From Candidatus Nitrospinota bacterium M3_3B_026 (lineage in GTDB: Bacteria; Nitrospinota_A; UBA7883; JBPRGF01): DNA of 64,000 bases. The stretch spans positions 96,001 through 160,000 of the forward strand of contig JBPRGF010000033.1 of the NCBI GenBank assembly GCA_051418015.1, given 5' to 3'. A program made the position numbers and the translations under genes. Positions 57,998 through 64,000 of the stretch are shown here, piece after piece (the first letter of the stretch is position 1; each line of letters starts with the position of its first letter). The notes beneath the pieces were generated by a model. It made no database searches. It was not told where the DNA came from and saw nothing but the letters and a program-made list of their open reading frames with translations.

Positions 57998-59170
57998 ATG
58001 AAACGCTGGTCGAGGGATCGAGCTTTCGCAGCCTGGCTCGCCGCCGCCCTTATCGCTTCGGGGTGTGGTAAAGGTGGTGGCGGCTCCAGCGGCGGCGGCG
58101 CGGGCGAGCCGGGCTCTCAATACCTTTCGGCGGCGCGATACATGGAGCCGGGATCGACGGAGGGGCCTTTCACCGTGGACGTTCCGGAAGGCGCGGCGTC
58201 GTTCACCATAATCGCCGACGGAGGCGACACGTCGGACATGGATATCTCAAGCCTTGTCGATCCCACAGGCAGGCGGATGATAACCGACGGTCTGGACGAC
58301 CCCATGGGAAGGAACACGGCGCAGGCGTCCGGCCAGAGTGTTGTGGCGATAACCATACCCCACGGCGGGGGCTACGCCTTCACGCCGGGCCGGTGGTCTT
58401 TCGACGTGACCCATTACGCAAGCCCCGGCGGCGGCAGGGACGTATCCGTTTACGCGATGGTCAAGGACGCGGAGGGAGACGAGCTGGGCCTGAACCTGTG
58501 GCTGGTGGGGATGGGAGACTTATCCAGCGTGGACGAGGCCGCCCTCGAGACCATAATGGACGAGGCGGAAAGGCTTATGGCGGCGGCGGGGGCGCAAATA
58601 GGCGGGACGAAGCGCCATTTCATCACCGGTGAGGCCGGCGAGCGCCTGACCTACATAGACCTGGACTCGGACTCCAACTACAACGGCCAGCCGGACGGCA
58701 TGGACGAGCTTTTCAGGTTGTCGGCCTCCGCGGACAACGATTACGTGAACATCTTCTTCGTCCGCTATATCGGCCAGGGCGTCATAGGCTACTCAGGGGG
58801 CATCCCCGGCCCGCCGCTGATCCAGGGGACGGCTCACTCCGGCGTGATCGTCTCCACCCTCGGCGGGTTTTCGAACATGACGCGGGCAGACCTCAAGATG
58901 CAGGGCGCGACCATCGCCCACGAAGTGGGTCACTACCTGGGGCTTTTTCACACCACCGAGAGGAGCGGCGCCGAGTTCGACCCGATATCCGACACGCCCG
59001 CGTGCGCAAGGAGTGAATACGACAAAAACGGCGACGGGCGGGTCTCCCCCCTCGAATGCCGGGGCGTGGACGGGCCGAACCTGATGTTCTGGGCCGCCGC
59101 CTCCTATCCGCAGGAGACGCTGACCGAGACCCAGGGGCGCGTCCTGCGCCTGAGCCCCGCCGTGAAATAA
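57998..59170 (+). CDS. Lipoprotein metzincin zinc protease (M43-like)
   Basis: Lipobox ASGC; HEVGHYLGLFHT; NLM Met-turn. Confidence 0.8.
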   Translation: MKRWSRDRAFAAWLAAALIASGCGKGGGGSSGGGAGEPGSQYLSAARYMEPGSTEGPFTVDVPEGAASFTIIADGGDTSDMDISSLVDPTGRRMITDGLDDPMGRNTAQASGQSVVAITIPHGGGYAFTPGRWSFDVTHYASPGGGRDVSVYAMVKDAEGDELGLNLWLVGMGDLSSVDEAALETIMDEAERLMAAAGAQIGGTKRHFITGEAGERLTYIDLDSDSNYNGQPDGMDELFRLSASADNDYVNIFFVRYIGQGVIGYSGGIPGPPLIQGTAHSGVIVSTLGGFSNMTRADLKMQGATIAHEVGHYLGLFHTTERSGAEFDPISDTPACARSEYDKNGDGRVSPLECRGVDGPNLMFWAAASYPQETLTETQGRVLRLSPAVK

Positions 59171-59200
59171 TCCCCTGTGGCGCGGTATAATGCGCCCACG

Positions 59201-59488
59201 ATGACCGACGCTCCCCGCCGTGGAAAAACAGATGACGAAGCCGCCCTGCGCGCGATGGAGGAGGCGGCGCGCAAGCTGGGGCTGGAGGTGGAGTACAAAA
59301 GCCTCGGCGACGACGAGATCGACGTCGCCTCGGGCGCGTGCCGCGTGAAGGATAGGCGGCTGCTGATAGTCGACAGCCGCCTGCCCGCCGCCCTGCGGGT
59401 GAAGGCGATGGCGCGTGTCCTGCGCAACATGGAGACGGAGACGGTCTACCTGCCTCCGCTGGCCAGGGAAATCATGGAATCCGCCTGA
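59201..59488 (+). CDS. Conserved-looking small hypothetical protein
   Basis: SGACRVK and VYLPPLARE; co-oriented with lpxK with a 3-bp gap. Confidence 0.65.
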   Translation: MTDAPRRGKTDDEAALRAMEEAARKLGLEVEYKSLGDDEIDVASGACRVKDRRLLIVDSRLPAALRVKAMARVLRNMETETVYLPPLAREIMESA

Positions 59489-59491
59489 CCG

Positions 59492-60592
59492 ATGAGCTTT
59501 CTTCCAGGCGCCCTTCGCGAAAGGGTCGAGCGCATAATCCGGGGCGACGCCGCGCCCGGCGCTCTGTATATCCCCCTCGCCGCCGCGGAGGCTTTTTACT
59601 CGCTCGCCGCGGCGGCGAGGAACGGATTTTACAAAGCCGGAGTTCTCAGGCCGGGGAGGGCGCCTGTCAAGGTGATAAGCGCCGGGGCGCTGACCGTGGG
59701 AGGGGCTGGCAAGACGCCCTTCGCCGCCCTGCTCGCTCGCAAACTGATGGCCAAAAAACCGGGGGTGCTCTCCCGCGGCTACGGGGGCCGTTTTCCCGGG
59801 AGTGTCTACGTCGTCTCCGACGGCCGCCGCGTGACCGGCGATCCGCCGCCGGTCTCCGCCGATGAGCCCTACATGCTGGCCTTGAAGCTGCCCGGCGTCC
59901 CCGTCGTCCTGGCGCCGAGGAGGATAGAGGGCGCGCGGCTGATGGCCGAGAAGCTCGGTGTCGAAACGATAATCCTGGACGACGGCTTCCAGCATCGCGC
60001 CATCCACAGGGACCTCGACATCCTTCTGCTCGACGCCGGGCTCCTGCGCCGGGGCGTGAGGCTGCTGCCGCTCGGGCCGTTGCGCGAGCCTCTGAGCGCG
60101 GCGGGGCGCGCCGATGTCATCGTCGTCACAGGCGTGAGCACGGATAACGACGACGGCTTCGCGGAGCTTGCGGAGGCGATCAGACGCACCGTGGGCGGGG
60201 AGAAAACCATAGCCGCCGTCTCCGGCTCCATCACGGGCTTTGCCAGCTTGGATGGCGAGTTGCGGGAAAAACCCGGCGGGAGCGCTTTCGTCTTCTCCGG
60301 CGTGGCGGACCCCGGCCGGTTCGCAAGGTCGCTGTCTGGCGCGGGCGTCAGAATCGCGGGAAGTCTTTCTTTTCCGGACCATCACATGTTCACGCGGGAG
60401 GACGTTGACAGGATCGTCCGGGAGAAGGAGAGGACGGGAGCGGAGTTCATCGTCACCACGGAAAAGGACGGCGTCCGCCTGTTAAGGAGCGCCGGACGGC
60501 TTGGGCCGGAGCTTCTGCTGGCCGTTTACGAGATGAGGATCACCAGCGGTGAAAAAGCCCTGGACGAGGCGCTCGCCTCCGCCCTGGGGTAG
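59492..60592 (+). CDS. lpxK: Tetraacyldisaccharide 4'-kinase
   Basis: TVGGAGKTP, LSRGYG, DEP, LDDGFQH, LLPLGPLREP, FPDHH, TTEKD. Confidence 0.95.
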   Translation: MSFLPGALRERVERIIRGDAAPGALYIPLAAAEAFYSLAAAARNGFYKAGVLRPGRAPVKVISAGALTVGGAGKTPFAALLARKLMAKKPGVLSRGYGGRFPGSVYVVSDGRRVTGDPPPVSADEPYMLALKLPGVPVVLAPRRIEGARLMAEKLGVETIILDDGFQHRAIHRDLDILLLDAGLLRRGVRLLPLGPLREPLSAAGRADVIVVTGVSTDNDDGFAELAEAIRRTVGGEKTIAAVSGSITGFASLDGELREKPGGSAFVFSGVADPGRFARSLSGAGVRIAGSLSFPDHHMFTREDVDRIVREKERTGAEFIVTTEKDGVRLLRSAGRLGPELLLAVYEMRITSGEKALDEALASALG

Positions 60593-60603
60593 CCTTGCGC
60601 CCT

Positions 60604-61695
60604 TTACACATTGAACCGGAAATGGGCGACGTCGCCGTCGCGCATGACGTAGTCCCGGCCCTCGACCCTCAAAAGCCCCGCTTCTTTCACCGCCTGCTCG
60701 GCGCCGAGCCTGTCTATGTCCTCGAACGAAAAAATCTCTGCCCTGATGAAGCCTCGCTCGAAGTCGGTGTGTATCACGCCGGCCGCCTGCGGAGCCTTGG
60801 CGCCTTTTGGGGCCGTCCATGCCCTGGTCTCCTTGGGACCGGTGGTGAAAAAGGTTATGAGGTTGAGGGCGGCGTATCCCGCGCGGATGAAGTGATCCAG
60901 ACCGGACTCGGCCAGGCCGAGGTCCGCAAGGAAAGCCTCCCTGTCCGCGGGGTCCAGCTCGGCTATCTCCGCCTCCACCTTTCCGCATATCTCCACCACC
61001 TCCGCCCCCTCCGCCTCGGCCACGGCGCGGGCTGCGGCCTTCGGCTCCGTCTCCCTGCCAAGGTCTTCCTCGGTGACGTTCAGGACATACACCACGGGTT
61101 TCGCGGTTATCAGGAACAGCTCCCGGAAAAACTCCGCGTCCCCCTCGCCGAAGGCGGCGCGGGCCGTGACGCCTCCGTTGAGCTTTTCACGGAGAGCCTT
61201 GTACCTTGGCAGGACGTCGGCGGCTTTCCTGTCGCCGGTCTTTCCGCCTTTCTCCACCGCCGCGATCCGCCTGTCCAGCGTCTCCATGTCGGCCAGGATC
61301 AGCTCCGTCTTTATCACGTCGATATCGGAGGCTGGGTTCACGGCCCCGGAAACATGGGTGACGTTGGGGTCCTCGAAACACCTGACGACGTGGGCTATGG
61401 CGTCCACCTGCCTTATGTGGCCCAGGAACTGCGCGCCGAGCCCCTCGCCGCGGCTTGCGCCCTTGACGAGCCCGGCGATGTCCACCACCTCCAGCGTGGT
61501 GGGGGTCACCCTGGCAGACCCGGATATCTCCGCCAGGCGGGCAAGGCGCGGGTCCGGCACGGGGGCCACTCCCACGTTCGGCTCTATGGTGCAGAAGGGG
61601 AAGTTGTCCGACTTCGCCCCGGCGGCGGTCAGCGCGTTGAAGATCGTCGACTTGCCCACGTTCGGCAGGCCCACGACACCGCAGTTGAACCCCAT
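60604..61695 (-). CDS. ychF: Redox-regulated ATPase YchF
   Basis: GLPNVGKST, FPFCTIEPN, DIAGLVKGAS.GEGLG, IHTDFERGFI, HFRFNV. Confidence 0.97.
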   Translation of the reverse strand: MGFNCGVVGLPNVGKSTIFNALTAAGAKSDNFPFCTIEPNVGVAPVPDPRLARLAEISGSARVTPTTLEVVDIAGLVKGASRGEGLGAQFLGHIRQVDAIAHVVRCFEDPNVTHVSGAVNPASDIDVIKTELILADMETLDRRIAAVEKGGKTGDRKAADVLPRYKALREKLNGGVTARAAFGEGDAEFFRELFLITAKPVVYVLNVTEEDLGRETEPKAAARAVAEAEGAEVVEICGKVEAEIAELDPADREAFLADLGLAESGLDHFIRAGYAALNLITFFTTGPKETRAWTAPKGAKAPQAAGVIHTDFERGFIRAEIFSFEDIDRLGAEQAVKEAGLLRVEGRDYVMRDGDVAHFRFNV

Positions 61696-61785
61696 ATCAT
61701 CTCCCGTTCGACAATCTTTGTCCGCTCTGAATAAAATAGCAGGCATTGTAACATCCTGCTCATTCGCGCCAAGGGAGCTTTTTTG

Positions 61786-62718
61786 ATGAACGCGATGATT
61801 CTCGCCGCGGGTCTCGGCACGCGCCTTCTGCCGTATACCGAAAGGCTGCCGAAGCCGCTTTTCCCGATCCTGGACAAAAGGCTGATCGAAATCGCGATAG
61901 AAGCGGTTCTGAGGACGGATGTCCGGCGGATAGTGGTGAACGTCCATCACCTGGCGGACCAGGTGGAAAGTTTTTTGCGCTCCCGCGATTTCGGCGTGGA
62001 GATAATCATCCTCCGGGAGGAAAAGATACTCGGCACGGCGGGGGGGATAAAGAACGCGGAAAAATGGCTGAGCGGCGATGATTTTCTGGTTATCAACTCC
62101 GACATCATCCCCGAGCCGGATTGGGGGGAGCTGATCGAGGCTCACAGGGCCAGGGGGGCCATGGCGACCCTCGCTCTGCGCGCCGTGCCAGCCCCGGAGC
62201 GTTACAGCCCGGTATGCCTGGACGCCGGGGGCATGGTGACAAAGCTCGGCGCAGCCACCGGGCCGGGACATGCCGGCGATATGGAGCCGATGATGTTCAC
62301 CGGGGTGTCCGTTCTGTCCCCCACCGTTTTCGGGCGGATACCACCCGGCGTGGCGGACATGGCCCGGGATGTCTATGTCCCGATGGTCCGTGAAGGGGCG
62401 GGGCTCTACGGCGTCAAGACCTCATGGAGATGGGCCGATGCCGGGACGGCGGCGGATTACCATCGCGCCGTGATGGAAGCGTTGCGCTCGGGGGAGGTCA
62501 CCCCGGCGGTCATGTGGGGCGACCTGCATGGCGTCGGCATCGACCAGCCGGTTTATATCGAGACGGGGGCCGCCGTGGCGCCGGGGGCGAGACTCGGCCC
62601 GAATGTCGCCGTCCACAAGGGCGCCCGCGTGGGCGAAGGGGCCGCGTTGCGGGATTGCGTCGTCCTGCCCGGCTCCGCCGTCGGGGAAGGGTCTGTCCGC
62701 GAGGGTGAGGTGATCTGA
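61786..62718 (+). CDS. Sugar-phosphate nucleotidyltransferase (MurU / mannose-1-P guanylyltransferase-like)
   Basis: AMILAAGLGTRL.P.T..LPKPL, LGTAGG, INSD, W.DAGT, hexapeptide tail. Confidence 0.88.
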   Translation: MNAMILAAGLGTRLLPYTERLPKPLFPILDKRLIEIAIEAVLRTDVRRIVVNVHHLADQVESFLRSRDFGVEIIILREEKILGTAGGIKNAEKWLSGDDFLVINSDIIPEPDWGELIEAHRARGAMATLALRAVPAPERYSPVCLDAGGMVTKLGAATGPGHAGDMEPMMFTGVSVLSPTVFGRIPPGVADMARDVYVPMVREGAGLYGVKTSWRWADAGTAADYHRAVMEALRSGEVTPAVMWGDLHGVGIDQPVYIETGAAVAPGARLGPNVAVHKGARVGEGAALRDCVVLPGSAVGEGSVREGEVI

Positions 62719-62760
62719 TTCCCGTGGCCGCTGGAGACGGCCGCGGAGGATGAGACAATG

Positions 62761-62790
62761 GGATCCTTCGCCTGACGGCTCAGGATGACA
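62761..62790 (-). repeat. Solitary REP-like element related to the copy at 25743
   Basis: Reverse complement TGTCATCCTGAGCCGTCAGGCGAAGGATCC vs TGTCATCTTGAGCCGAAGGCGAAGGATCC at 25743-25771. Confidence 0.75.
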
Positions 62791-62893
62791 CCCCCTTGTG
62801 ATGTGACTCTGGGCTTGCGTCCCGGGTCGCCGGATGAAGGGCTGGGCGAAAGACGCTCAGGGCGCCGATCGAAAGCGGTTCGCCGGCCCCCTG

Positions 62894-63403
62894 CTAAAAC
62901 TCCCTCGACCAGGTTATCCGCAACAGGCCGTCCTCGTCGGTGTACCTGGCGTCGAGGTCGCCGCGGTATGCGTTGTTGAGCGCCACGCCCACGCCGTGGG
63001 CCAGGTGGGCGTCGGTGAAGGTGATAACCGTCTCGCCCCCCTTTTTGTCGATGGACATGATCCTCTCCACGGGGCGCTCCGCCTTCGCGTCGGCCTCGGT
63101 GTTTTTTATCAGGCTCATGATCTCGTTTTCGCGCGCGGCGAAAAAGCCGCCTTTCAAGGTCAGCGTCCCCGCCGGGAACTTGTCGCGCATCCTCATGCAG
63201 GCGGGGCACAGCACCTCGTTTGCTCTTTCGGGCGCCTCGTTCCACGTCCATCGCCCGTCGCGGAAGACGGCGTGGCACTCGGGACAGGCCGCCGGCTCTT
63301 TTGGTTTGCCGGTCATTTTGTATGGGTCCGTGAGGCGCTCTTCATAGGTCTGGCCTGTCCTGGCGCGTTGTATGTAGCCTGTCATGAAATTCTTCTTGTT
63401 CAT
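62894..63403 (-). CDS. BCAM0308-family protein (two CxxC motifs)
   Basis: DPY, CPECHAVF..GRW.W, LCPAC, D.FPAG, RIM, HLA..VG.AL..AY.G. Confidence 0.8.
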   Translation of the reverse strand: MNKKNFMTGYIQRARTGQTYEERLTDPYKMTGKPKEPAACPECHAVFRDGRWTWNEAPERANEVLCPACMRMRDKFPAGTLTLKGGFFAARENEIMSLIKNTEADAKAERPVERIMSIDKKGGETVITFTDAHLAHGVGVALNNAYRGDLDARYTDEDGLLRITWSREF

Positions 63404-63626
63404 GGCTATGCTCCCTGGCGATTCCCTCATCTCTTCCTACTTCTAATATCAAGCCGCCGGGGACGCTTCGGGGAAAAAATCGCACGGAGGAGCGCTTTTT
63501 TGGCGTGCGGTAGATCATTGTTGTGGAAGCATAATGACATAAAAATCATATGTATATATAGCGTCAATTAATGTTGTTTGCACGCTGTGTTCGTTTAGAG
63601 GATGGGGAATTCGGCCATATTTTATA

Positions 63627-63678
63627 TTGACAAAGGCAGCTTGCCGGGTTATTAACCATATGGTTAAACCGACTGGTT
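63627..63678 (+). promoter_or_regulatory. Sigma-70 promoter with overlapping TetR-type operators
   Basis: TTGACA-N17-TATTAA; perfect palindrome TTAACCATATGGTTAA at 63652-63667; second AACC-N4-GGTT at 63667-63678. Confidence 0.75.
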
Positions 63679-63698
63679 GGTTATTGGGCAGCGGAACA

Positions 63699-64000
63699 AT
63701 GAAAAAGGCGGAGAACAGGGAGCCGGGCGCCGAAAAAGCGATCGCCGTGGCGGACCATATCATCGAGGCCGCGGCGGGGGAGTTCGCGGCGAAGGGGTTC
63801 GCCGGGGCGCGGGTGGACGAGATAGCCCGCCTGGCGGGCGTCAACAAGGCGGCCATCTATTACCACGTCGGCGACAAGGAGGCTCTTTACAAGGCCGCTC
63901 TCAAGCGGGTGGCCGGGCCCATCGCGGAGAGGGTGGGCAGGCTGCGGCAGGAAGGAGGCGCGGCGGACGAGAAGCTGCGCGCCCTCATCGGTGTCATCGC
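63699..64000 (+). CDS. TetR/AcrR-family transcriptional regulator, runs off window
   Basis: Hand translation: MKKAENRE...IIEAAAGEFAAKGFAGARVDEIARLAGVNKAAIYYHVGDKEALY. Confidence 0.93.
   Translation, partial: MKKAENREPGAEKAIAVADHIIEAAAGEFAAKGFAGARVDEIARLAGVNKAAIYYHVGDKEALYKAALKRVAGPIAERVGRLRQEGGAADEKLRALIGVI

Overview
GC-rich chromosomal window from a Gram-negative bacterium (lpxK present), with about 60 genes and no rRNA, tRNA, CRISPR array or transposase seen. Gene content (class I LysRS, split-ActB alternative complex III, doubled-CxxCH cytochromes, sigma-54 regulation) suggests a Nitrospinota- or Desulfobacterota-like lineage, which is inference only. Main blocks: (1) 1-14 kb, a sigma-54 two-component system co-oriented with Sel1/TPR proteins, two stand-alone beta-propellers, mono-, di- and heptaheme cytochromes and two HAMP-only membrane proteins. 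(2) 14-20.5 kb, a Fur-boxed operon: FTR1 iron permease, periplasmic protein, porin, flavoprotein, glycosyltransferase-like protein, nfi. (3) 24.3-25.4 kb, an OmcE-like pentaheme cytochrome behind a canonical sigma-54 promoter; its TTCTC-N6-GAGAA palindromes recur at 555-600, hinting at a dispersed extracellular-electron-transfer regulon. (4) A mixed-family REP cluster. (5) Housekeeping genes, a minor-pilin cassette, copA and a hybrid kinase. (6) A Clp1-like kinase/RNase Z-like fusion. (7) An ActF-less alternative complex III operon. (8) A TSP3-repeat/LRR surface lipoprotein. All calls come from reading motifs by eye; no database searches were run.
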